A stretch of DNA of 64,000 nt from Eledone cirrhosa. Taxonomy: Eukaryota. Within the stretch, counting starts at the first letter, position 1, and the number at the start of each line of letters is the position of its first letter. Both the position numbers and the translations under genes were made by a program. The stretch is taken from positions 7,440,001-7,504,000 of the forward strand of contig OZ024752.1 in assembly GCA_964016885.1 (NCBI GenBank), read 5' to 3'. Under the pieces are notes generated by a model. That model was not told the DNA's origin. It did no database searches and worked only from the letters and a program-made list of their open reading frames with translations. Shown here in pieces: positions 11,221 to 24,200 of this stretch.

Positions 11221-11386
11221 TAGAAGTAGTTTCACAAGTTAATTCACCATTTCCGAGAACAATCTGTTTCACCTTAGTCAGATCATCAGCTCGGTTATAA
11301 TCTCATTTCAATCGATCTGATGATCCGTTTAAGATGAAACAAATTGTTCTCGGAAATGGTGAACTAACTGTTGTGGAACTACTTCT
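11221..11386. ncRNA. Palindrome with two divergent hammerhead motifs (11253-11294 minus; 11312-11353 plus)
   Basis: Minus: ccgag-CTGATGA-tctgactaaggt-GAAAC-agatt-GTT-ctcgg. Plus: CTGATGA-tccgtttaagat-GAAAC-aaatt-GTT-ctcgg. Stem II is weak in both. Confidence 0.6.
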
Positions 11387-11548
11387 ACCAAACTCGTCCC
11401 ATGGACTGAATGCTCTACTACTATGGATATAACCTACTAGTGTTTTACTATTATATATATATATATATACACACTCACACAAAACACTCACACACACACA
11501 TATACCACACACATACACACCACACACATACATACACACCACACACAT

Positions 11549-11626
<78 letters not shown>

Positions 11627-12120
11627 GAGAGTAAACTTAGCCAAAACTAAATTGTTAGTGAGGAGGAAGATAGGACCTTGATTTCTCTGCTATGTAGAAA
11701 GGGGCTGTCATAAACTCCATACGATGTACACAATGTAAATCCTGGGTACACAACAGATGTAGTGGGATAAAGGGTTAGAACCACAGATGAGAGGATCACA
11801 TCATGTTCATACCTCATCATGATATGTTTGGGGCCTGGTTTTCTCATGGCACTAAAACAACCACCTTACAGAGTGGACTGGGTGTATTTTGTCATGTCGC
11901 AAGCATGATTACTTTACAGAGTGGACTGGGTGTATTTTGTCATGGCTCTATAACAACCAGCTTATACTGTTAACTAATATATTATATATATATATATATA
12001 TATGCATGATGATGATGATGATGCATATATGTGTGTGTATCCTTGGTTCAAATCGAGGGTAACCACAGTAAGTAAGGTACTCAATACATAGCAGAGTATA
12101 AATGTTTAATGTAGAAATGG

Positions 12121-12167
12121 CTTCTACAGGACTAGAACTGTTTCATTCAAAGGAAATCATCAGGAAA
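12121..12167 (-). ncRNA. Hammerhead motif with a looped stem III
   Basis: Minus strand: tttc-CTGATGA-tttcctttgaat-GAAA-cag(ttctagtc)ctg-TA-gaag. Confidence 0.55.
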
Positions 12168-12177
12168 GTGTATGTAC

Positions 12178-12232
<55 letters not shown>

Positions 12233-12310
12233 TACATACATATACACAAACACATATTGCATGTGTGTATGTACACATATGTATATATATAGAGGAGATA
12301 GATAGATATC

Positions 12311-12341
<31 letters not shown>

Positions 12342-12464
12342 ATAATAATAATAATAATAATAATAGTAATAATAATAAATTGGAGACTAAAATCCAAAGA
12401 GGGCTCAATAAGGATAAATATATATCAAATATATAAGAACCGTAGAGCATATATATATATATAA

Positions 12465-12496
<32 letters not shown>

Positions 12497-12914
12497 CCAC
12501 TCAACTCACCTTCAGATTTGTGTTTGACCTTGTATCTAAAGAAAGAAAGAGATGTTGATCCAAAGACTATTGCCCAGTGTTGGTGAGAAGGTGATGAGTT
12601 TCTTCTCGTTATTGGTTGCATTGCGGTTTAGATATAATATACATATTTTTTTTCATATTATCAGTTTTCTATCTACTGTTGGTGATATAAATCAATAGGT
12701 TGTCGGGTCAAACTGACAGCCAGAAGACAGAAACACCATTTTATTGTTTTACTGTTTTACTGTGGAGAATATGGCTGGATCATTCCATCTTGTTCTTTTG
12801 CTGAATAGAAATTACTCCTCAATTATTTCGGTTGTGTTCTCCCCAAAATTGTTCCACTCATATAGCTTAAATATGGCAGCAGCACTACTCATACATTGAC
12901 AGTAAAAAGGTTCC

Positions 12915-13050
12915 CAGTCCAAGGAAACCTGCCAGATACAGTCCTATACGAGCGAGACATGGTCACCCGATCAATCTTGCCTCAAGTGGGACAAACCCGT
13001 CTAATCCATGCTAGCGTGGAAGATGGATGTTAAACGATGATGATGTTGAT
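12915..13050 (+). mobile_element. RTE-type 3' tail fragment
   Basis: Matches 6495-6605 (cagtcctatacgagc...tcttgcctcaagt...gtggaagatgga.gttaaacgatgatg). Confidence 0.75.
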
Positions 13051-13525
13051 GACTTGAAGCAGAGAGACTGGTCTGGGATCTATCCTGTGATTGATGGTGG
13101 ACAGAGAAGTGTGGTGGACGTCATGGTACATATGTTGTGAACTTGGAGCAAGGACCTGGGGTCTATCTTGGGACTGAAGCTGGCAATGATAGACAGAAAA
13201 GTATGGACAAAGGACTTTTATCCCATGGTCAAGGCAGGAGCCTGTCCAACCAACCAACTATAGGTTAAATGCCGTACTTTAATGATTAAGAAGTTTGTTC
13301 TGCAATCAAAAGGTCACAGTTTCAGTCCCACTTTGTGGCACCTTGTGTAGGTGAAAACTATTTAGAAACCTGTTAGATGGACTACATCTGAAACTCAAAA
13401 GACCAGGCTTAGCACATATTATCTCCTTGAGAATTATGTTAAGGTGCACGTTTCAGCGGAATACTCAACCACTTGTATGTTAATTTCACGAGCAAGTTAT
13501 TCTGTTAAATAACTGAAATATTTGT

Positions 13526-13700
13526 TGGCAGTATCGGTAGAGGGTCGGACGCCATGCTTTGCAGCACAGTTACGTCCCTTTACGGACTGAGTTCAAATCC
13601 CGCCGAGGTTAACTTTGCCTTTCATCCTTACGGGGTCGATAAAATAAAGTACCAGTAATACACTGAAATAATTGCTGGCCTTGTGCCAAAAGTAGAAACA
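13526..13700 (+). mobile_element. SINE family A
   Basis: tggcagtatcggtagagggtcggac...gagttcaaatcccgccgaggttaactttgcctttcatcc...ccttgtgccaaaagtagaaac. Confidence 0.85.
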
Positions 13701-14132
13701 AATATTTGTTTGACAATCTCAAGTCAAACAAGAGTTATTTCCCCTATATACCTTGATATCTTTGTATTGATAACACTGTTAGTCGTTCCAAAGACATTTC
13801 TAACATGTGTAGCGGGAAGAAGGACTGTTAATATATAACACCAGATACCTGGCTTCAATATTTATAATATAGTGGACACTTCTAAAGGTAGCCAAGGGCC
13901 GATGGTGTGAAATTGGGCGACAGATTAAATCTACCACCGAAGAACGCAGCTTTCTACACAGTGACGGAGCATCTGGGGAAAGGGACACCATTTCTAGTAG
14001 GGTTAACAGATATATATACCAGTTATATACTGGTTTGATTTAATTAGCCAGATCCCCCCCCCCCCCTAAAAAAAAAACCAATTGTCTGGCTTTCTATTTT
14101 AGAAATTATTCTTATTAATATTATGTACTGTG

Positions 14133-14340
14133 AGGGCGGTGGATTGGCAGTATCGGTAGAGCGTCGGACACCCTGCTTCAAGGCATAGAGTTACGGCCTT
14201 TTACGATCTGAGTTCAAATCCCGCCGAGGTTTTATCCTTATTTTTATCCTTACGGAGTCGATAAATTAAAGTACCAGTAATTCACTGGGGTTGATTTAAT
14301 CAACTTTCCTCTCCACTAAAGAATAGCTGTCCTTGTACGA
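14133..14340 (+). mobile_element. SINE family A (variant 3' end); a partial further copy lies at 14488-14590
   Basis: Same head and core as the other copies. Confidence 0.8.
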
Positions 14341-14593
14341 CACCAGAGTTCTTGCCCTCCCCTTCCCCTTCTTTCTTTCTTTTTCTCTTTTTTCTCTATA
14401 TTTCCCTATTCTTTTTTCTTCTTTTGTTTCCTTTTCTTTTTTTATTTCCATTATTATAGTTGTTATTATTATTATTATTTAATATGATTAACTTTGCCTT
14501 TCATCCTTATGACGGTCGATAGAATAAAATACCAGTAATACACTGAGTAATTTGCTGGCCTTGTGCCAAAAGTAGAAACAATTATTATTATTT

Positions 14594-14636
14594 AATATTT
14601 GATAAGATGAATTTATTCATCGAAACCGGTAATATT
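14594..14636 (+). ncRNA. Minimal 43-nt type I hammerhead (U3-A8 variant)
   Basis: aatat-TTGATAA-gatgaa(ttta)ttcatc-GAAA-CCGG-TA-atatt: perfect stems I and II, palindromic accggt stem III. Confidence 0.8.
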
Positions 14637-14817
14637 TTATAAAACCCCTTTTTTTTTAAATTTCTTACTCTTTAGGATTTATAGTTTGAGGATTATTTGC
14701 TTCAGATATTTTCTCAGTTTTAGTCGTATCAAACCCAAAGCTCAGCTGACAATGGAATTATCTTCAAGTTGTTGGGAGTTGATTACTACATTTCTGTAAT
14801 GTTGATCTTCATGCCAG

Positions 14818-15120
14818 TATCATCATCATCATCATTTTACGTCTGCTTTTCCCTGCTTGCAAGGGTGGGACGGGTCCTATTCAGCACAGCTTCACTCCAC
14901 TTGTCACGCTCCTTCGTCATCTCCTCCGTGAGCTTCAGCGATCTGAGGTAAGCTCTCACCACCTCCGCCCATGTTTTTCATGGTCTTCCTCTACTTCGTC
15001 TTCCTTCCACTGGGATTTCTTGGCACTTCTTTACCCATGCGCATCACATGCCAATACCAATACAGTCTTCTCTCCTGCACACTACAACTTATCCCTCTTA
15101 TACACAGTTTCTCTCTCAAC
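14818..15120 (-). mobile_element. RTE LINE 3' fragment
   Basis: Reverse complement matches the 3' part of the RTE at 56400-56718 (GRRSRGRP.K, cccgtcccacccttgcaagcaggg, (tga)n). Confidence 0.85.
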
Positions 15121-15211
15121 TCATCTATGCTGTTATTTTGTTAATTTCTTTCAAGGCCGTGTTGTGGTCTTGTGGGATTCTAACATCAATAATCTGACAT
15201 TCACCTCAGTT

Positions 15212-18200
15212 TCTCTATATTACTACAATATCACACCACTGTGTTCCAGTCTTGTCTCTCTCTATATTACTAGAATATCACACCACTGTGTTCCAGTCAT
15301 GTCTCTATATTACTACAATATCACACCACTGTGTTCCAGTCATATCTCTCTCTATATTACTACAATATCACACCACTGTGTTCCAGTCATGTCTCTCTCT
15401 ATATTACTACAATATCACACCACTGTGTTCCAGTCTTGTCTCTCTCTATATTACTGCAATATCACACCACTGTGTTCCAGTCTTGTCTCTCTCTATATTA
15501 CTACAATATCACACCACTGTGTTCCAGTCATGTCTCTATATTACTACAATATCACACCACTGTGTTCCAGTCATGTCTCTATATTACTGCAATATCACAC
15601 CACTGTGTTCCAGTCATGTCTCTATATTACTACGATATCACACCACTGTGTTCCAGTCATGTCTCTATATTACTACAATATCACACCACTGTGTTCCAGT
15701 CATGTCTCTCTCTATATTACTACAATATCACACCACTGTGTTCCAGTCTTGTCTCTCTCTATATTACTGCAATATCACACCACTGTGTTCCAGTCTTGTC
15801 TCTCTCTATATTACTACAATATCACACCACTGTGTTCCAGTCATGTCTCTATATTACTACAATATCACACCACTGTGTTCCAGTCATGTCTCTATATTAC
15901 TGCAATATCACACCACTGTGTTCCAGTCATGTCTCTATATTACTACGATATCACACCACTGTGTTCCAGTCATGTCTCTCTCTATATTACTACAATATCA
16001 CACCACTGTGTTCCAGTCATGTCTCTATATTACTGCAATATCACACCACTGTGTTCCAGTCATGTCTCTATATTACTACAATATCACACCACTGTGTTCC
16101 AGTCTTGTCTGTCTCTATATTACTACAATATCACACCACTGTGTTCCAGTCTTGTCTCTCTCTATATTACTACAATATCACACCACTGTGTTCCAGTCAT
16201 GTCTCTCTCTATATTACTACAATATCACACCACTGTGTTCCAGTCATGTCTCTATATTACTACAATATCACACCACTGTGTTCCAGTCATGTCTCTCTCT
16301 ATATTACTACAATATCATACCACTGTGTTCCAGTCATGTCTCTCTCTATATTACTACAATATCACACCACTGTGTTCCAGTCATGTCTCTATATTACTAC
16401 AATGTCACACCACTGTGTTCCAGTCATGTCTCTATATTACTACAATATCACACCACTGTGTTCCAGTCATATCTCTCTCTATATTGCTACAATATCACAC
16501 CACTGTGTTCCAGTCATGTCTCTCTCTATATTACTACAATATCACACCACTGTGTTCCAGTCTTGTCTCTCTCTATATTACTACAATATCACACCACTGT
16601 GTTCCAGTCATGTCTCTCTCTATATTACTACAATATCACACCACTGTGTTCCAGTCATGTCTCTCTCTATATTACTACAATATCACACCACTGTGTTACA
16701 GTCTTGTCTCTCTCTATATTACTATAATATCACACCACTGTGTTACAGTCTTGTCTCTCTCTATATTACTACAATATCACACCACTGTGTTCCAGTCATG
16801 TCTCTCTCTATATTACTACAATATCACACCACTGTGTTCCAGTCATGTCTCTCTCTATATTACTACAATATCACACCACTGTGTTCCAGTCATGTCTCCC
16901 TCTATATTACTACAATATCACACCACTGTGTTCCAATCATGTCTCTCTCTATATTACTACAATATCACACCACTGTGTTCCAGTCATATCTCTCTCTATA
17001 TTACTACAATATCACACCACTGTGTTCCAATCATGTCTCTCTCTATATTACTACAATATCACACCACTGTGTTCCAGTCATGTCTCAATAGTACTACAAT
17101 ATCACACCACTGTGTTCCAATCATGTCTCTATATTACTACAATATCACATCACTGTGTTCCAGTCATGTCTCTATATTACTACAATATCACACCACTGTG
17201 TTCCAGTCTTGTCCCTCTCTATATTACTACAATATCACACCACTGTGTTTCAGTCATGTCTATCTCTATATTACTACAATATCACACCACTGTGTTCCAG
17301 TCTTGTCTCTATATTACTACAATATCACACCACTGTGTTCCAGTCTTGTCTCTCTCTATATTACTACAATATCACACCACTGTGTTACAGTCATGTCTCT
17401 CTCTATATTACTACAATATCACACCACTGTGTTCCAGTCATGTATCTCTCTATATTACTACAATATCACATCACTGTGTTACAGTCATGTCTCTATATTA
17501 CTACAATATCACACCACTGTGTTCCAGTCATGTCTCGCTCTATATTACTACAATATCACACCACTGTGTTCCAGTCTTGTCTCTCTCTATATTACTACAA
17601 TATCACACCACTGTGTTCCAGTCATGTCTCTCTCTATATTACTACAATATCACACCACTGTGTTCCAGTCATGTCTCTCTCTATATTACTACAATATCAC
17701 ACCACTGTGTTCCAGTCATGTCTCTCTCTATATTACTACAATATCACACCACTGTGTTCCAGTCATGTCTCTCTCTATATTACTACAATATCACACCACT
17801 GTGTTCCAGTCATGTCTCTCTCTATATTACTACAATATCACACCACTGTGTTACAGTCATGTCTCTCTCTATATTACTACAATATCACACCACTGTGTTC
17901 CAGTCATGTCTCTCTCTATATTACTACAATATCACACCACTGTGTTCCAGTCATGTCTCTCTCTATATTACTACAATATCACACCACTGTGTTACAGTCA
18001 TGTCTCTCTCTATATTACTACAATATCACACCACTGTGTTCCAGTCTTGTCTATCTCTATATTACTACAATATCACACCACTGTGTTCCAATCATGTCTC
18101 TATATTACTACAATATCACACCACTGTGTTCCAGTCATGTCTCTCTCTATATTACTACAATATCACACCACTGTGTTACAGTCTTGTCTATCTCTATATT

Positions 18201-21200
18201 ACTACAATATCACACCACTGTGTTACAGTCTTTTATCTCTCTATATTACTACAATATCACACCACTGTGTTACAGTCTTGTCTATCTCTATATTACTACA
18301 ATATCACACCACTGTGTTACAGTCATGTCTCTCTCTGTATTACTACAATATCACACCACTGTGTTACAGTCTTGTCTATCTCTATATTACTACAATATCA
18401 CACCACTGTGTTCCAGTCATGTCTCTCTCTATATTACTACAATATCACACCACTGTGTTCCAGTCATGTCTCTATATTACTACAATATCACACCACTGTG
18501 TTCCACTCTTGTCTCTCTCTATATTACTACAATATCACACCACTGTGTTCCAGTCATGTCTATCTCTATATTACTACAATATCACACCACTGTGTTCCAG
18601 TCATGTCTCTCTCTATATTACTACAATATCACACCACTGTGTTCCAGTCATGTCTCTCTCTATATTACTACAATATCACACCACTGTGTTCCAGTCATGT
18701 CTCTCTCTATATTACTACAATATCACACCACTGTGTTCCAGTCATGTCTCTCTCTATATTACTACAATATCACACCACTGTGTTCCAGTCATGTCTCTCT
18801 CTATATTACTACAATATCACACCACTGTGTTCCAGTCATGTCTCTATATTACTACAATATCACACCACTGTGTTCCAATCATGTCTCTATATTACTACAA
18901 TATCACACCACTGTGTTCCAGTCATGTCTCTATATTACTACAATATCACACCACTGTGTTCCAGTCATGTCTCTCTCTATATTACTACAATATCACACCA
19001 CTGTGTTCCAGTCATGTCTATCTCTATATTACTACAATATCACACCACTGTGTTACAGTCTTGTCTCTCTATATTACTACAATATCACACCACTGTGTTC
19101 CAGTCATGTCTCTCTCTATATTACTACAATATCACACCACTGTGTTCCAATCATGTCTCTCTCTATATGACTACAATATCACACCACTGTGTTCCAGTCA
19201 TGTCTCTCTCTATATTACTACAATATCACACCACTGTGTTCCAGTCATGTCTCTCTCTATATTACTACAATATCACACCACTGTGTTACAGTCTTGTCTC
19301 TCTCTATATTACTACAATATCACACCACTGTGTTACAGTCTTGTCACTCTCTATATTACTACAATATCACACCACTGTGTTCCAGTCATGTCTCTCTCTA
19401 TATGACTACAATATCACACCACTGTGTTCCAGTCATGTCTCTCTCTATATTACTACAATATCACACCACTGTGTTACAGTCTTGTCTATCTCTATATTAC
19501 TACAATATCACACCACTGTGTTCCAGTCATGTCTCTCTCTATATGACTACAATATCACACCACTGTGTTCCAGTCATGTCTCTCTCTATATTACTACAAT
19601 ATCACACCACTGTGTTCCAGTCATGTCTCTCTCTATATTACTACAATATCACACCACTGTGTTCCAGTCATGTCTCTCTCTATATTACTACAATATCACA
19701 CCACTGTGTTCCAGTGTTGTCTCTATATTACTACAAAATCACACCACTGTGTTCCAGTCATATCTCTCTCTATATTACTACAATATCACACCACTGTGTT
19801 CCAGTCATGTCTCTCTCTATATTACTACAATATCACACCACTGTGTTCCAGTCATGTCTCTCTCTATATTACTACAATATCACACCACTGTGTTCCAATC
19901 ATGTCTCTCTCTATATTACTACAATATCACACGACTGTGTTCCAGTCATGTCTCTCTCTATATGACTACAATATCACACCACTGTCTTCCAGTCATGTCT
20001 CTCTCTATATGACTACAATATCACACCACTGTGTTCCAGTCTTGTCTATCTCTATATTACTACAATATCACACCACTGTGTTCCAGTCATGTCTCTATAT
20101 TACTACAATATCACACCACTGTGTTCCAGTCATGTCTCTCTCTATATTACTACAATATCACACCACTGTGTTCCACTCTTGTCTCTATATTACTACGATA
20201 TCACACCACTGTGTTCCACTCTTGTCTCTATATTACTACAATATCACACCACTGTGTTCCAATCATGTCTCTCTCTATATTACTACAATATCACACCACT
20301 GTGTTCCAGTCATGCCTCTATATTACTACAATATCACACCACCGTGTTCCAGTCTTGTCTGTCTCTATATTACTACAATATCACACCACCGTGTTCCAAT
20401 CATGTCTCTATATTACTACAATATCACACCACTGTGTTCCAGTCTTGTCTCTCTCTATATTACTACAATATCACACCACTGTGTTCCAATCATGTCTCTA
20501 TATTACTACGATATCACACCACTATGTTCCAGTCATGTCTCTCTCTATATTACTACAATATCACACCACCGTGTTCCAGTCTTGTCTCTCTCTATATTAC
20601 TACAATATCACACCACTGTGTTCCAATCATGTCTCTATATTACTACAATATCACACCACTGTGTTCCAGTCTTGTCTCTCTCTATATTACTACAATATCA
20701 CACCACTGTGTTCCAGTCATGTCTCTCTCTATATTACTACAATATCACACCACTGTGTTCCAGTCATGTCTCTCTCTATATTACTACAATATCACACCAC
20801 TGTATTCCAATCATGTCTCTATATTACTACAATATCACACCACTGTGTTCCAGTCTTGTCTCTCTCTATATTACTACAATATCACACCACTGTGTTCCAA
20901 TCATGTCTCTATATTACTACGATATCACACCACTATGTTCCAGTCATGTCTCTCTCTATATTACTACAATATCACACCACCGTGTTCCAGTCTTGACTCT
21001 CTCTATATTACTACAATATCACACCACTGTGTTCCAATCATGTCTCTATATTACTACAATATCACACCACTGTGTTCCAGTCTTGTCTCTCTCTATATTA
21101 CTACAATATCACACCACTGTGTTCCAGTCATGTCTCTCTCTATATTACTACAATATCACACCACTGTGTTCCAGTCATGTCTCTCTCTATATTACTACAA

Positions 21201-24200
21201 TATCACACCACTGTGTTCCAGTCATGTCTCTCTCTATATTACTACAATATCACACCACTGTGTTACAGTCTTGTCTCTCTATATTACTACAATATCACAC
21301 CACTGTGTTCCAGTCATGTCTCTCTCTATATTACTACAATATCACACCACTGTGTTCCAGTCGTGTCTCTCTCTATATTACTACAATATCACACCACTGT
21401 GTTCCAATCATGTCTCTATATTACTACAATATCACACCACTGTGTTCCAGTCTTGTCTCTCTCTATATTACTACAATATCACACCACTGTGTTCCAATCA
21501 TGTCTCTATATTACTACAATATCACACCACTGTGTTCCAGTCTTGTCTCCCTCTATATGACTACAATATCACACCACTGTGTTCCAGTCATGTCTCTCTC
21601 TATATTACTACAATATCACACCACTGTGTTCCAGTCTTGTCTCTATATTACTACAATATCACACCACTGTGTTCCAGTCTTGTCTCGCTCTATATTACTA
21701 CAATATCACACCACTGTGTTCCAGTCATGTCTCTATATTACTACAATATCACACCACTGTGTTCCAATCATGTCTCTATATTACTACAAAATCACACCAC
21801 TGTGTTCCAGTCATGTCTCGCTCTATATTACTACAATATCACACCACTGTGTTCCAGTCATGTCTCTATATTACTACAATATCACACCACTGTGTTCCAG
21901 TCATGTCTCTATATTACTACAATATCACACCACTGTTTTCCAGTCATGTCTCTATATTACTACAATATCACACCACTGTGTTCCAGTCATGTCTCTATAT
22001 TACTACAATATCACACCACTGTGTTCCTGTCATGTCTCTCTCTATATTACTACAATATCACACCACTGTGTTCCAGTCATGTCTCTATATTACTACAATA
22101 TCACACCAATGTGTTCCAGTCATATCTCTCTCTATATTACTACAATATCACACCACTGTGTTCTAATCATGTCTCTCTCTATATTACTACAATATCACAC
22201 CACTGTGTTCCAGTCATGTCTCTATATTACTACAATATCACACCAATGTGTTCCAGTCATATCTCTCTCTATATTACTACAATATCACACCACTGTGTTC
22301 CAATCATGTCTCTCTCTATATTACTACAATATCACACCACTGTGTTCCAGTCTTGTCTCTCTCTATATTACTACAATATCACACCACTGTGTTCCAGTCT
22401 TGTCTCTCTCTATATTACTACAATATCACACCACTGTGTTCCAGTCTTGTCTCTCTCTATATTACTACAATATCACACCGCTGTGTTCCAATCATGTCTC
22501 TATATTACTACAATATCACACCACTGTGTTCCAGTCATGTCTCTCTCTATATTACTACAATATCACACCACTGTGTTCCAGTCTTGTCTGTCTCTATACT
22601 ACTACAATATCACACCACTGTGTTCCAATCATGTCTCTCTCTATATTACTACAATATCACACCACTGTGTTCCAGTCTTGTCTCTCTATATTACTACAAT
22701 ATCACACCACTGTGTTCCAATCATGTCTCTATATTCCTACAATATCACACCACTGTGATCCAATCATGTCTCTATATTATTACAATATCACACCACTGTG
22801 TTCCAGTCATGTCTCTATATTACTACAATATCACACCACTGTGTTCCAGTCATATCTCTCTCTATATTACTACAATATCACACCACTGTGTTCCAATCAT
22901 GTCTCTATATTACTACAATATCACACCACTGTGTTCCAGTCATGTCTCCATATTACTACAATATCACACCACTGTGTTACAGTCATGTCTCTATATAACT
23001 ACAATATCACACCACTGTGTTCCAGTCTTGTCTCTCTATATTACTACAATATCACACCACTGTGTGCCAATCATGTCTCTATATTACTACAATATCACAC
23101 CACTGTGTTCCAATCATGTCTCTATATTACTACAATATCACACCACTGTGTTCCAGTCATGTCTCTATATTACTACAATATCACACCACTGTGTTCCAAT
23201 CATGTCTCTATATTACTACAATATCACACCACTGTGTTCCAGTCATGTCTCTCTCTATATTACTACAATATCACACCACTGTGTTCCAGTCTTGTCTCTC
23301 TCTATATTACTACAATATCACACCACTGTGTTACAGTCTTGTCTCTCTCTATATTACTACAATGTCACACCACTGTGTTCCAGTCATGTCTCTCTCTATA
23401 TTACTACAATATCACACCACTGTGTTCCAGTCATGTCTCTCTCTATATTACTACAATATCACACCACTGTGTTCCAGTCATGTCTCTATATTACTACAAT
23501 ATCACACCACTGTGTTACAGTCTTGTCTCTCTCTATATTACTACAATGTCACACCACTGTGTTACAGTCTTGTCTCTCTCTATATTACTACAATATCACA
23601 CCACTGTGTTACAGTCTTGTCTCTCTCTATATTACTACAATGTCACACCACTGTGTTACAGTCTTGTCTCTCTATATTACTACAATGTCACACCACTGTG
23701 TTACAGTCTTGTCTCTCTCTATATTACTACAATATCACACCACTGTGTTCCAGTCTTGTCTCTCTCTATATTACTACAATATCACACCAGTGTGTTTCAA
23801 TCATGTCTCTATATTACTACAATATCACACCACTGTGTTCCAGTCATATCTCTATATTACTACAATATCACACCACTGTGTTACAGTCATGTCTCTATAT
23901 AACTACAATATCACACCACTGTGTTCCAGTCTTGTCTCTCTATATTACTACAATATCACACCACTGTGTTCCAATCATGTCTCTATATTCCTACAATATC
24001 ACACCACTGTGTTCCAATCATGTCTCTATATTATTACAATATCACAACACTGTGTTCCAGTCATGTCTCTATATTACTACAATATCACACCACTGTGTTC
24101 CAGTCATGTCTCTATATTACTACAATATCACACCACTGTGTTCCAATCATGTCTCTATATTACTACAATATCACACCACTGTGTTCCAGTCATGTCTCTC

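Noticed and set aside
13526-13605. tRNA genes at SINE heads
   Set aside because: A/B boxes are present but there is no full cloverleaf, and each is followed by the SINE core and tail.
15120-15260. Satellite derived from the adjacent RTE 3' end
   Set aside because: The reverse-complement unit (DMTGTQWCDIVV) only vaguely resembles RTE EMTKDHDKWRDAVL; too weak without an alignment statistic.
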